This document shows positions 26,662-42,057 of a DNA stretch of 64,000 nt, one piece after another. The stretch's first letter is position 1. Each line of letters starts with the position of its first letter. Below the pieces are notes generated by a model. That model was not told the origin of the DNA and searched no databases. It worked only from the letters and a program-made list of their open reading frames with translations. Location: the NCBI GenBank assembly GCA_964016885.1, contig OZ024741.1, positions 66,650,001-66,714,000 of the forward strand, read 5' to 3'. A program made the position numbers and the translations under genes. Source of the DNA: Eledone cirrhosa. Lineage: Eukaryota.

Positions 26662-27036
26662 TGTTATACTTTGGGAGGGTCATGTTGCCAATAAATATAT
26701 ATATAAATATATATATAAAATATATATATATATATATATATATGTGTAGAGGTTATATTTAATTTGTTGGGGTACAACAAGCAAAATATTTTTATAACTG
26801 ATATAAAGCACTCAACAAATTATTGGAGTAAATATACAATATATTAACAAATCTATCCAGGAGATTCCAACCAGAATGGTTGCATTTTTAAGGGTATGTC
26901 AATATTTATTTATAAAACTAACCTATATTATATTTTATCTGATGAAAGCGCACCATAGTTTGCTCTGGTGGCCCTTGAAATATGTATAATGAAATAAATA
27001 TGGTTTTTTAAATATTGTTTCCATTTGTTAATATAT

Positions 27037-27080
<44 letters not shown>

Positions 27081-27188
27081 AACGAGTAGGACCCCGGCGG
27101 CTGAGCTCAAGCCGTTTCGACGGCTAATTCTGGACTTCAGTACTTTGGTGCGTTATGGTCCACCTGGTTCCTTACCACATTTCCTTCG

Positions 27189-27255
<67 letters not shown>

Positions 27256-27600
27256 TACAAACATACACATAGATACATGCGGATACATATACAAAAATAT
27301 GTATATAAATAAGCATACTCATTGATGCATGCAGCTACACACTGACACACACATACACACACACACACGCACACACACATATATATATATATATGGCACA
27401 CTTCTTCATATATATCACCAACATACAGATGTGTAAAAAGAAGCTAATGTATATCTTTTGGAAAATTGTCTACGTTCATATTGATTTTAAGAGTATATAA
27501 GAATTCCAGCCTAAAACAATTTTAAGTGCTTTTGAGGATATAGATAGCTGGACAGGTAGATAGGCAGGTAGCAAGATAAATAGATCGATAGATAGGTTAT

Positions 27601-28981
<1,381 letters not shown>

Positions 28982-29249
28982 CTGTGTACGAGAAAGAGAG
29001 AGGTAGAAGGGAGAGAAAGTTCTAGATACGTAAACACATATAGATATGTAGATACATAGATTAAAAGACAAATCAGAAAGAGAAAATGAAGAATGTTCTA
29101 GTAAGTACAGAAATAGAAATACGTATGTAGATATGGTGCGTTTAGCACGAAACACCTGTTCCTTGTGTCATTGGTTTAGCTTCGCAGTGATAATTTATGT
29201 ACCTACGTACATACGTTTCTATGTATATATGTATACATATATATATATG

Positions 29250-30397
29250 TTCTCTTAATTTCGAGTATATTTTTTGACCGGCCACCTTTAGGGTGGCAAG
29301 GTTGTAAAAGAAAAGAAATTGTCATCCCTTGAATCGCAAGAATGTTTTGCAAATGTTGAAGGTGCCAGCTATCGCAGCCATTTGTAGACTATGAATTAGG
29401 GAGCTGCGCTTTTTGTCCGCAAATCCAAGTTCAGTCATACTTTGGTCCAAGCGGGTTGGTATATAACCCGTAGCTCCAATAATGATGGGTATGAAGCTAA
29501 AGGTGTATCTTGGATACTGGATTTGTAAACTCCTCATCAATGGTCCGTAGATGTCCTCCTTCTCCTGTATTTTTCTGACAACATTTACATCAACTGGGCA
29601 GCTGATCTCCACAACAGAACACGTTTTCAATGTGTGGTCCCAAACAACAATATCAGGCCGATTGTGCTTTAATTTGGTGGCAGTTTTTATTTTCAGGTTC
29701 CACCAGTATTCCTTAGTGCCATCTGTCTCAATATATTCTTCCTCGTTTGTTGTTAATTTTGTTTTCCGAAGTGCCTTCAAGTTGGTTCTACCTATCCCAT
29801 CGTGTCTCATGGGGAGGTAGTAGCGAGATGACATTCTTTCGCAGCTGGCAACAATGTGGCTTACATCCTCGATCTTTGTTTTACATAGCCTATATTTATT
29901 GTCAGTTGCTGGTCCTCCTCTTTTGTGCAGCAGATATTTGGTAGGGAGTTCTTGTTCCTGTATTGCATAGAGATATCCCTCAAGGTGTGATGTCATAAAC
30001 TTGTCGGAACTCCATGCCAGGCTTTTTGAGTGGTTTATCCCCTCTATGGTCTGTGTTTAACGTCTCAAGTATCCATGCACAACTTTTTCTGTAAATTGGT
30101 CAATTTTTTTATATTGTTTGAACACTGAATAGGATCTTCCGATTTCTCTGGGTGAGAGATTTATATCAGGCTTTATTCCATATCTCTCCTCCAGATCAGT
30201 CGCTATTCTAATGATATTTATTTTTCATGCTCATAAACCTGGGCAAGATGGTTGCCGACCTCTTTCCCCTGTTGAAGGTGTTGCTTCAGTGTTACTATCC
30301 GGGTCTCATATGTTGTTAATATTGATTTTAGACCCCGGCCACCTTCCTTGCGTGAGAAGTATAGACTATCCACATCAGCATTGATCTTAAAGTTCCC
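29250..30397 (-). mobile_element. R4/Dong-clade LINE, family A copy 1 (5'-truncated)
   Basis: EGGRGL, AIQEQ, CCHC knuckle RLC..E..HIVASC, RLE HNRPDIVVWD..VEISCP..IIIGATG. Confidence 0.88.
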
Positions 30398-30413
30398 ATG
30401 TATGTATGTATGT

Positions 30414-30752
30414 ATATCTCTTACTCTTAATTTCGAGTATATTTCTTTGACCGGCCACCTTCCTGGTGGCAAGGTTGTAAAAGAAAAGAAATTGTCATCC
30501 CTTGAATCGCAAGAATGTTTTGCAAATTTTGAAGGTGCCAGCTATCGCAGCCATTTGTAGACTATGAATTAGGGAGCTGCGCTTTTTGTCCGCAAATCCA
30601 AGTTCAGTCATACTTTGGTCCAAGCGGGTTGGTATATAACCCGTAGCTCCAATAATGATGGGTATGAAGCTAAAGGTGTATCTTGGATACTGGATTTGTA
30701 AACTCCTCATCAATGGTCCGTAGATGTCCTCCTTCTCCTGTATTTTTCTGAC
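30414..30752 (-). mobile_element. R4/Dong-clade LINE, family A copy 2 (short 3' end)
   Basis: Near-identical to the 3' end of copy 1; (TACA)n on both sides. Confidence 0.88.
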
Positions 30753-30783
<31 letters not shown>

Positions 30784-31060
30784 TGTATGTATGTATGTAT
30801 GTATGTATGTATGTATGTATGTGTATGTATCTTCTTCTAGTTTTATAATATCATAAAGTTTTACCAATAGAGAGAGAGTCGGTTTCTAACATAGACACAA
30901 GACTCTGTCATTGGAATTTACACAACATCAACTAGGTAGATATGTATGTATGCATGCATGTGTAGATATGGATGTTATTGTATGTGTGGATGTGTATGTT
31001 TTGAGTTATATGTGTGCATGTGTATGTGTGCATATGCTTTACATCTGTACATGTGTATAT

Positions 31061-33529
31061 GCAGTTATTAGAGGCAAAATTTTTGGAATGTTTTACATAT
31101 TTTTACTTTTCCATTAATGGATTGTACTTGTAATTTCCTAACTAGTTGTGTTCTTTCTATTCCTGTAAAGCCTAGCTTCTCAAGATTTGTATTGAGGCAG
31201 TTACTAACATATCACAGTGCCCTAATAATCACAGGCATAAATCTGAAGGTGTAATCAGGGTGAAGTATCTGCAGATTTATCATCAGTTCTGCATAAATAT
31301 TCTCCTTTTCACTAATCTTTAATATTATATTGGCATCTGTTGGGCAGCTAATTTCCACTACTGTGCATGCTTTCTTCGCCATGTCCCATATCATAATATC
31401 TGGTCTTTATGCCTGCATTTTATTGGGGTTTTTACTGGAACATTCCACCAGTACTATTTCCTATTATGTACATGGATGTCTTCCACATTGCTGTAGCTTT
31501 TAATGTGTTTATTATCGGGGCTATCTTTTTTACGAACTGCATTGTACAGTGTTTTGGCCACTACATCATGCCTCATAGGTAGATAGTACCGCGATGATAT
31601 CTTTGAACAGCTGCTGATGACATGGGTGATATCCTCGATGTTAGTTCTGCAGAGTCTGCACTTGTTATCACATCTAGGTGTTTTGCCTGCATCCCTATTT
31701 CTTTTGTGAATCAGGTATTTCTTGTTAATCTCCTGTTCCTGGATTGCAAAAGCGTTTCCTTCAAAGTGGGAGCCAATATAGCGGTTGTTAGTCCAAGATA
31801 AACTACTTTCCTTATCTATATTACTCTCACCCTGAAGCTTCCTGACAACATATCCATGCATGAATTTTTGCAGATAAGCATGCAGTTTTTCACCCATGGA
31901 TTCACTGCGATATTGCTGAGCGACTTCCCTGGGTGTGAGTTTTTTTTTTTATTATCACACAGGGAATATCTCTCGGGGAGTTCCTTCCCAACTCTCATGA
32001 TCTTATCTGTTTCATGCAGATAGACTTGCTCGAGAAACGGGCTCCTACGCTTCAAGGTTCGTAGATGTCAGAGAGATATGATGCGACATTCAAATGTTTT
32101 CTGGACTGATGTTAGGCCTCTGCCTCCCTGCTTACGTTTCAAGTAAAGGCGCTCTATGTCACTGTTGATGTGGAAGTTTCCGGTGTTGTTTAGTATTTTT
32201 CGAGTTCCAACATCAACTGCTCGGATTTCGTTTATCGTCCAGTTGAGTATTCCAAACGTTGGTGTTAGGACAGGCACAGCAAATACATTGTGAGCCACTG
32301 TTTTGTTTTGCGCAGAGAGTTCCAATGACCAGATCTTTCTTAATCGGGTGCAGTATTCCCTGGTTACGCGTTCTTTATTACAGATACCATTATAGGATAT
32401 GTCCTCACCTATACCCAGGTATCTGTAGCAGTCCTCATCAAATATCGGTGAAACAGTTAGGCCATTGATGACAATGTTGCTAGATTGGGTTGTTGTTTTC
32501 CCCCGCTTTACAGTCAAGTATGAGCATTTATCTTGGCCAAACTCCATTCCTATATCCTTTGAGAACGTTGTAACTAGGTCAAGATTTTTCTTCATCCCAT
32601 CCATGTCCTTGGCATAGAGTTTCAGATCGTCCACAAAGAAATTATGGGTTAGGTTCGTATTTCTGTTCTCCTGTGAGCCAATGATGTATCCCTCACATTT
32701 CTTGAGCAGAAAGGACAAGGGGTTTAATAATATCCCCTGCAATATTTTATCTTATCAGTGAAAATAGGGTCCCCCCTCTCTGTCTTTAACCTTAGGATAG
32801 TAGCCCAAGCAGAAGACAGCCTCTCTATGGCTCTGACAATAATGTCTGGGACTTTAGCCTCTATCATCCAAGAGTGGGGAACAGAATCGAAAGCTTTCCT
32901 GTAGTCCAGCCAGCCTATAGCCATATTCCTCCTAAGTTGTCGCACCTCTGACATCGCAGTTTTCAGCACATCCCCAAACCCCTTTCTTTCCCAGCTGCTT
33001 GTTCATCTGTGATGATGTTATTATTTTCACAGTGATCTTGCCGGAATAGGTTCAGGCAGGCTGTATACATCTTATACATCAGGTTCTGGCATGCAATGGG
33101 TCGGTAGTTTTTTGCCAAGTAGGTGTCTTTGTTCTTGGGAACCAATAATGTTTGTGTTAATGTCAACCATTCTGGTATAAATGTATCTCCCTTAAGAACT
33201 TGTTGGTAGAGGTCAGTAAGATACCTCCGATAGAATATCAGTTGTTTGTACCAGTAGCCGACAATCATGTCTCTTCCTGGTGTTTTCTTATCTTGGAGTT
33301 TTCCTATCACAGTCTCAAGGGTACCCTCACTTATTTCGTATGTTTTTGTTGTAGTGTAGGAGCAATAGTTCTTTCGGATTTCTCTTAGCCACACTGCATC
33401 TTGGTTGACATTCTTCTTTTCACCCCATATTTTTCTCCAAAAGGAATCTATATCTTTCTGGGATGGGGCCTCAGTGACACTTATTATTTTGCCCTTCATA
33501 TCTCTATAGACTGATGTTTGGTTTCGTCT
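31061..33529 (-). mobile_element. R4/Dong-clade LINE, family B (RT + CCHC + RLE, disrupted)
   Basis: YRPIAC, WLDYRKAFDSVPHSW, FFVDDLKLY, MEFGQDKC, YRYLG, CRLC..HVISSC, VEISCPTD; frameshifts; (TACA)n-like flanks. Confidence 0.9.
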
Positions 33530-33582
33530 GTATGTATGTATCTGTGTGTGTATGAGTAGGTGTGCGAGTGTATATATATATA

Positions 33583-33790
33583 TGTTGTTATACTTTGGGA
33601 GGGTCATGTTGCCAATAAAAACACACGTACCTGTTAGTTTTTGCTTCAATTTATAAATTTCCGGTTGGTTGGTTGGTTCGATAACCAGAAGGTTGTTTAT
33701 ATATTGTCAAATTTGCTTCGTCACACATTCTGTGACCTCCCCAGTGACTAGGTTTTATTTTGTGTCTCTCCCTTGTTCTGTCCCAAACGA
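33583..33790 (-). mobile_element. Solo pLTR fragment, family A
   Basis: Shares the GGCAACATGACCCTCCCAAAGTATAACA 3' end; other fragments near 26658-26696, 38760-38845, 39040-39130, 46876-47030, 48279-48515. Confidence 0.75.
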
Positions 33791-33951
33791 AGTATATACA
33801 TATATATATATGGAATGTAGAAAAGGGACACACGATTTGATATATTTAAACAAATAGTAAAAAGGAAAAAAATGCAGTAGAAAAGGCTGAAGGGATTTTT
33901 TCAGTATAATTCAAAACATTTATTTATAAAGTAGGGATTTCCGCATTTAAT

Positions 33952-33991
33952 CGTGGTACTGGTTTCAACTTTATATGCTTTTTCAACAACG
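33952..33991 (-). ncRNA. Possible minimal hammerhead with U3-A8 core (UUGAAAA)
   Basis: CGUUG-UUGAAAA-AGC/GUU-GAAA-CCAG-UA-CCACG. Confidence 0.4.
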
Positions 33992-36334
33992 GAAGTGTAT
34001 AGTGCAGTTAAATTGTATATTTATACGAATAATAATAAAATGGAGAAAAAATATTTAGTTTTTACATACATATATAGGGAGGAAAGTTCATACTTTTGTC
34101 TGTAGTTTTCTTTCGTTTTCTGTTAGTGTATATATGTAATAAAGAAAGCCCGGATTCCAATTCATTCCTTTAATGTTTCATAAAAATATAATACGTTTTT
34201 CTATTGCGGTGCTTAACTGAAACTTGCCACCTAGGAAAACCGCGCTCGAAAGAAAAACAACACAGTAGCATCAGCATTGCCACAATGAGAGATGAACCAT
34301 GTGGGAGAACATCGTCTGACGTGCAGGAATCTCGGCGCATGGTCCCAGTGAGCATAATAGAGAAAGCATTATCCTGAGGGACGCGTAGAAATAGCCATTC
34401 CAGTTCGCGGGTATGATTTTAGTGGCTTTAATGCTGGTAGTCATAGCAGTATTTGTGGTTGTAATAGTAATAGGACTGATTATATGACTAGTATTAAAAG
34501 AACTTGTATCTTGACTGTATTAGTTCCTAGAGGGTGAACATGTGATCATATTTTGTGAAACCCGTCCTTCCAAATAACCTGGATCTAATGGAGACGATTT
34601 GAGATCTGGAAGGTTGTCAGCAACCACCAGGGCTATATGGTCGGTGGAACATCAATTTTATCAGTATAGTAAGCCATGCACCATATCCTGATATTACTTC
34701 ATCCAGAGCACAATTACCGTGAAAGACACGAGCTGCACAAATACATGTTTGACAAACAGCGATCAAACATATTACCAAAATATTTCTTTGCTGTTGTTTC
34801 AGTGCATGCCAGCGAATAATCGTCAACCACAACAAACCAAACCCTCGGCAGAGAGTGTGTTTAAACATACGGACTTTCTGATTATTGGGACATGTCCCTC
34901 TCTCAAGAAGCAAATGTGTAATTGCTCTATTCTGGTCAGATATTCTTTTTCTTTCAGAAAGTAGTTTCAGCTCATTAATGTCATTTCTTTTGAATAGCTA
35001 TCTCTGTTCGACATTTCAGCAATGGCTTCTTCTCAGTTTACTTTTGAACGTAACTGACCATCATGCTCGTTACACCATATCAGTTCATCTCATTAAGGAT
35101 TTCGGCCCGATTTAGAACCCAAACAACTTAACGGAACCGCTGGCTTGAGTGTTTCTATTTCGTCGAGCGTCGCCTTTCAAGCCCAGATGTTTGTCCTGAT
35201 TGGGACTCATTTCTGTTAGGACAACGTCCCGAACACCTCATTTTAAGAGCTAGCCAATATAATGTCGTTGATGCCATCCGTGTATACCGACATAGCTTTT
35301 TACCAGCATCCAAGTTCGAGTGAGATGTCATTCGATAACTCCAGCTTACGCAGCAATGACTCAAGAGCCAGAGCTTACTCTAACAATGAACGATGAAACC
35401 TATGGTGTAGTAAACGAGTGATTCGAAACGGTTTCAAATGTTGTCATTTCTTCTAACCAGCAGTGCACAATGAAATGATCCAGCCTCCGAAAACATGACC
35501 GAAACAGATGGCAGCAAGGTGCTGCCGCTAAGTACCGAAAGTTGACTCTAACCAAAGTATGGATTCAAATGGATCAGAACCCCACCACCACCACCTCGAA
35601 ATCTGAGATAATTACCCACTATCTTCACAATGTATTGAATAAAGTGAAGTTTTTCATCTATAGATCTGCTATGAATCACACAATTTTGCCTTTTCTCGAT
35701 CGCACTATCAAGGAAAAACGCCAGCCTCTTCGCAACAAATGAAAATCTTAAACGATGTGTTCAAAAATGTTATGGAGCAGAAATTATTGATATTACCATT
35801 GGTCGTGGCCTTCCACAACAGTTGCACCATTTAACAACTAACACATCTGTAAGTTTTTTCAATCTCTAACAACAGAGGCGTGATCATGTTTAGTATGTAT
35901 CTATAATGCTCGTGTTGCAAACTCCAAACCAGCTGATAAACCTTTATAACCATTCATCATTAATCATATCTCAGTTGCCGTTATCGTTTTTTAAACTCTA
36001 CCGTTCTTGCCAGAGATCTCAGCAAGCTGTCGAGGCAGGCACTAAAGTTCATCATATTCAGTCCAAATTTAGCTCCTCTTAAAAAAGGAAATAAAAAGGG
36101 TAATGTGTTGCTAGAAACTATATTTTTGGAATAGAAAATTACGCCCCAATTGTATTCCAGCAAACCTAACGTTGTTCCTTTGTTTCCATTTCACGCCTCT
36201 GACATCCGGGTCCACAGTTCTCGTTTCCTGATGTCTCAGAGCAGAAGCCTTAGCTATAACGATGCAACTTTTCTGTTTCGCTAACTACTAGAGTGAATCT
36301 AAAATCTAAAGTCTATCCCAAGCCTCAATTCTCA

Positions 36335-36578
36335 TCAGTCTAGTGTTTAACCCGGTTTCCTTGGCGTTACGCAACGGAGAGAACAAAACTTCCTCCACCT
36401 GGACAGGACGACAGTCCGTCGCAGGGCTAATCCCAAGCTACAGCCAGTACTCATTTTCAGCTGAGTATACTGAAGCAACATGAAATGACGTGTTTTGCTG
36501 AAAAACAAAACAGAAAACCCGGTCCTGGAACCACATCTACGACATTATGATTGTGAGTCCAACGTTCTAATCACTGGA
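36335..36578 (-). mobile_element. Decayed tRNA-derived SINE (CORE/Nin-like body)
   Basis: Minus strand reads TCAGCTGAAAATGAGTAC..CCCTGCGACGGACTGTCGTCCTGTCCAGG. Confidence 0.55.
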
Positions 36579-37691
36579 ATAAATACTGTTTGCTTTAACA
36601 CAGTTCTCAACTGGAGTGTCATAAACAGAGTGTCAAGAGATTTTCAATTTAAAAATTTATTATTCATTATACAGTTATTGGACAATAAAGATTATGTATT
36701 ACCTAAACAGCCTTTGTAGTGTCATTAGAATGTTGGTTAGCATGTTTTGCGTTAATCGTTCTGGCTCTACACACTGAGCTCACATCCAACCGAGGTCAAC
36801 TTAGTCTTTCATCATTTTGAGTTGAAAAAAAAAATGCATTCTTGCAGTACCGGAATCAATCGTTTTCTATATATCTTTCTGATTTCTTCTCTATAGCTAT
36901 CGTACCCTCTCCACACATACATAACATAAGTAAAGGGGCATTGGGTGACAGAAACCACTGCTCAAGTCATTTTGCTAATTCAACGCTTTTCCAAAGAATA
37001 AGGATACAGAAATAATAGAAAAAAGTTAAAGAGTATGGAGGAAGAAAGAAAAGAAAACGTGAGAGAGCATGGAAGAAGAAAGAAAAGAATAAAACATGTT
37101 ATGAAAACAAAAAGATGGTGACGCGAAAAAAAGATAAGATAAAAAAATAAAAGGGATGGAGTTTGAAAGAACATGCATATATAAAAGTGAAAAATATAAA
37201 CGATGGTTTAAATGGAGTGTAAGAATTATTACCAAGAAGAATTTAAGAATGAAACTGAAGAGAAATGTAAGACTGAAAAATCAGAATAAAAGAATGAATG
37301 AATGGAGAGTTATGAATGAAGGAAGAATGAAGACTAAATAATAAATGGGAATAATTGAGGACAAAGGCCGACATATTGAGAGAATGTCTGAAAAGGTTGG
37401 ATTGATCGAATAACTTGCTTTATTTTATACTGGGCTTGTATGGTAGTTGTTGGAGGATTGCGATAGTGGGGGAAGAGGGACACAGAGAGGGGGGAGTGAG
37501 AGAGTGAGAGGGGAAGAGAAAGAGAGAGGAGGGAGGAAGAAAAAGAGAGAGATAGAGGTGGAGAGAGGAAGAGAGAGAGTATTCGAGAAGAATGAGAGAG
37601 TGAGGGTGTGGGAGAGACGATGAGAGAAAGAGAGCGATAGCAAAAATTAAAGAGTGTAGAAGAGTGAGGAAGAGAGAGAGAGAGAGAGGAT

Positions 37692-37756
<65 letters not shown>

Positions 37757-37932
37757 AAGAAAGAGAATAAGAGATAACAGGATAGAAAGAGAGTGCGAGA
37801 AATGGATAGAGAAACGAGAGAAATAACTGAAGAAGAAAGAAGATATGAAAGAAGATTAGAGGGAGATAATAAGATATGGCGAAAGAGAAAAGGAATGAGA
37901 GACAGAATAGAGTAAAGGTGATGCAATGTGTA

Positions 37933-38123
37933 GGCGATCAGTGGATGGCAGTATCGGTAGAGGGTCGGACGCCATGCTTTGCAGCATAGTTACTTCCCTT
38001 TACGGACTGAGTTCAAATCCCGCCGAGGTTAACTTTGCTTTCATCCTTACGGGGTCGATAAAATAAAGTACCAGTAATACACTGGGATAATTGCTGGCCT
38101 TGTGCCAAAAGTAGAAACAATTA
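37933..38123 (+). mobile_element. tRNA-derived Meta/MESC-like SINE, near full length
   Basis: GAGTTCAAATCCCGCCGAGGTTAACTTTGC.TTTCATCCTTACGGGGTCGATAAAATAAAGTACCAG; 5'-truncated copies at 38847-38965 and 47778-47897. Confidence 0.75.
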
Positions 38124-38334
38124 TATATATATTTAATATAGAAATGGCTTCTACAAGACTAGAACTGTTTCATTCGAAGGAAATAATGAGGAAAGCTTCC
38201 CTAATGATTGCCTTCAAATGAAATAGTTCTAGTCCTGTAGAAGCCATTTCTATATTAAATATTTATACTCTGCTATGTATTGAGTACCTTACTTACTGTG
38301 GTTACCTCCGATTGAAACCGGGACACACACACAC

Positions 38335-38455
<121 letters not shown>

Positions 38456-39170
38456 CACACATACATACACACACACCTATATATGTGTGTGTATATGTGT
38501 GTGTGTAGTACTTGGGTATATATATATGACCATACACACATATATATGTATATATGTATAAATCAAGATGGATACAGTAAGAAAGTGGTTAGAGTACTCG
38601 GTATTTGGGGTAGTAGAGTATGGTTATATGAAAGAGTCGGGACTCCGACGGCTGAGCTCTTGCCGTTTTAACAGCTAGCGGCAAGAGCTCAGCCGTCGGG
38701 GTCCCGACTCTTTCATATATATATATATATATACTTCATTTATGTTTTTTTTTTATGAGAAAACGTGTGTTGAAACAGATATTTTTATATTTTTGGAGTG
38801 TCATGCTGCCATTAGAAACACACGAAACAGCTGGTTTCACTTCAAATTCTGAGTTCAAATCCCGCCGAGGTTAACTTTGCCTTTCATCCTTACGGGGTCG
38901 ATAAAATAAAGTACCAGTAATGCTCTGGGTAATTGCTGGCCTTGTGCCAAAAGTAGAAACAATTATAATCATATTAGTTAATTTATTATTTATTATTATT
39001 ATTTCCCAGTAGGTCAGTATAATAAACGTATAGTTGTTTAGTTGTTAATATTCAAAGCACTTTTGTCACACATTCTGTGACCACTTCAGTGACTACATTT
39101 GTCACTTTGTGTCCCCTCTTCGTTCTGTTTTACATCATATTGACTTTATGCGCTGTTCGCCTGGACATCC

Positions 39171-39209
<39 letters not shown>

Positions 39210-39809
39210 TGCGTGTGTGTGCGTGTCTGTGCGTGTGTGAGTGTATGTGTGTGTTTTCTCTTCTGTCTTTTCTACTTGTCACTAGCTAGTTCTATGTGCG
39301 TGTGGCAGTTGTGGTTGTGTCTGTCTATATATCTTATTAGTTATGTTTTTGTATGTCTTTATATTGACCGCAGTCAATACGTCTTTCTAGTCATCTTGTT
39401 TATGCTCGTCCCTAGTATATAGTTGTATTGACTCAGAGGGAGTTATGTATGTAGCACACAAACATATTTCATCAATATCTATGTGCAAAATCCAACGATG
39501 ATGGAGTTTGCTGTCACGTACAGACATAACGGAGTGGAATTACATAGGCATGAACCTGCACGTGAGGCAACACTTTGCTTATCTTAACATCGCTGTATTA
39601 TTTTCGAGCAGAAATAAACTTCGGTGGATCATTGTGTGTCTGAGTAGTCCTATCTAAGAGAGTGTTGCTCATCCAGTTTCTGGGAATGGTCTAGAAAAGG
39701 TGACCTAAACATCACCTGCCTCAATGTTTGAGATTGCCAGTATCCTGTAGCAGGTGGCTGTTCGTTTATGGAGCAGAAATGACGGAAATTTAGAATATAT
39801 AAGAATTGA

Positions 39810-40173
39810 GTGAAAATGGAGATAGCTGCTTGGAATGTACGGACAATTCTAGACCATGAATGTTCAGCAAATCCAGAGTGGAGGACTGCCCTTGTTGCAG
39901 GAAAGCTTGCACATTACATCTTAGATATTGTTGCAATTCCAGAGACATGACTGAGTGAGGAGAATAATTTGATAGAAGCTTTGGCGGGGTATAACTTCTT
40001 TTGGATAAGTAAACCGAAAGGTGAGAAGAGGGAAAATGGTGCGGGATTTGCCATAAAGGCAACTCTTACTAATAAAATTGAGCACCCCAGGGTATTAATG
40101 GAAGAATAATGAGTCCACATGTCCCATTGACTGGTAATCGTTTTATGGCAATCATTTCTGCATACTCACCAAC
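39810..40173 (+). mobile_element. RTE-clade LINE AP-endonuclease N-terminus remnant
   Basis: IAAWNVRTILD, RTALVA, DIVAIPET, GYNFFW, GAGFAIK, IISAYSPT; stops present; ends at a (TATG)n tract. Confidence 0.8.
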
Positions 40174-40264
40174 ATGTATGTATGTATGTATGTATGTATG
40201 TATGTATGTATGTATGTATGTATGTATGTATGTATGTATGTATGTATGTATGTATGTATGTATG

Positions 40265-42057
40265 TTATCTCTTTCTCTTAATTTCGAGTATATTTTTTGA
40301 CCGGCCACCTTCCTGGTGGCAAGGTTGTAAAAGAAAAGAAATTGTCATCCCTTGAATCGCAAGAATGTTTTGCAAATGTTGAAGGTGCCAGCTATTGCAG
40401 CCATTTGTAGACTATGAATTAGGGAGCTGCGCTTTTTGTCCGCAAATCCAAGTTCAGTCATACTTTGGTCCAAGCGGGTTGGTATATAACCCGTAGCTCC
40501 AATAATGATGGGTATGAAGCTAAAGGTGTATCTTGGATACTGGATTTGTAAACTCCTCATCAATGGTCCGTAGATGTCCTCCTTCTCCTGTATTTTTCTG
40601 ACAATGTTTACATCAAGTGGGCAGCTGATCTCCACAACAGAACACGTTTTCAATGTGTGGTCCCAAACAACAATATCAGGCCGGTTGTGCTTTAATTTGG
40701 TGGCAGTTTTTATTTTCAGGTTCCACCAGTATTCCTTAGTGCCATCTGTCTCAATATATTCTTCCTAGCTTGTTGTTAATTTTGTTTTCCGAAGTGCGTT
40801 CCAGATGGTTCTAGCTATCCCATCGTGTCTCATGGGGAGGTAGTAGCGAGATGACATTCTTTCGCAGCTGGCAACAATGTGGCTTACATCCTCGATCTTT
40901 GTTTTACATAGCCTTTATTTATTGTCAGCTGCTGGCCCTCCTCTTTTGTGCAGCAGATATTTGGTAGGGAGTTCTTGTTCCTGTATTGCATAGAGATATC
41001 CCTCAAGGTGTGATGTCATAAACTTGTCGGAACTCCATGCCAGGCTTTTTGAGTGGTTTATCCCCTCTATGGGCTGTGTTTTACGTCTCAAGTATCCATG
41101 CACAACTTTTTCTGTAAATTGGTCAATTTTTTTATATTTTTTTGAACATTGAATAAGATCTTCCGATTTCTCTGGGTGAGAGATTTATATCAGGCTTTAT
41201 TCCATATCTCTCCTCCAGATCAGTCGCTATTCTAATGATATTTTTTTTTTCATGCTCATAAACCTGGGCTAGATGGTTGCCAACCTTTTTCCTCTGTTGA
41301 AGGTGTTGCTTCAGTGTTACTATCCGGGTCTCATATGTTGTTAATATTGATTTTAGACCCCGGCCACCTTCCTTGCGTGAGAAGTATAGCCTATCCACAT
41401 CACAATTGATGTTAAAGTTCCCAGTAACACTGAGAAGTTTGCGAGTTCTAACATCCATCTCACTTAGTTCTTGCAATGACCAGTTCAGCAGGCCAAATGT
41501 TGGCGTTAGAATTGGCACAGCATAAGTATTGTGGGCAATGTATTTGTTGTACGCTGACAGTTCTGATGACCATATTTTCTTTACTCTTCTGAGGTATTCA
41601 GTTCTGGTTCTCTCCTTATTTATGGGTCCATCATATCTGACATGCTCATCCTGTCCAAGATATCTGTAGTTGTCACCTGACTGTAGAGGTTGTATTGTCA
41701 GGCCGTTCATCTCTAGATTTCTAGAGGAGGGCACAGCCCTTCCACGTTTTACTGCCAAATATGCACACTTGGACTCACCAAATTTCATTTTGATGTCGGT
41801 TGAAAATTGTGTAATGAGGTCCAATTGTTTCTTAATGTCATTGATATTTGGCCCATACAACTTCAGGTCATCAACAAAGAAAATATGGGAGATACTTCTG
41901 GACCCACTTCTTTGTCCACCTTGTTTCCTGAGTAGGTAAGATAGTGGATTCAGTCAGAGAACAAAGAGTAGCACTGACAAGCTATCACCCTGAAAGATGC
42001 CCTTCTGGTAATGTATCTTATCAGTCTTAACTTGCTCCTTCTCACCTCTAAGGATAA
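40265..42057 (-). mobile_element. R4/Dong-clade LINE, family A copy 3
   Basis: GIFQGDSLS, FVDDLKLY, MKFGESKC, YRYLG and RLE; 3' tail of about 23 TACA units at 40174-40264. Confidence 0.9.

Noticed and set aside
34528-35300. hAT transposase remnant (CAARVFH as CxxH)
   Set aside because: Motif order is inconsistent and the TIR-like match is too weak
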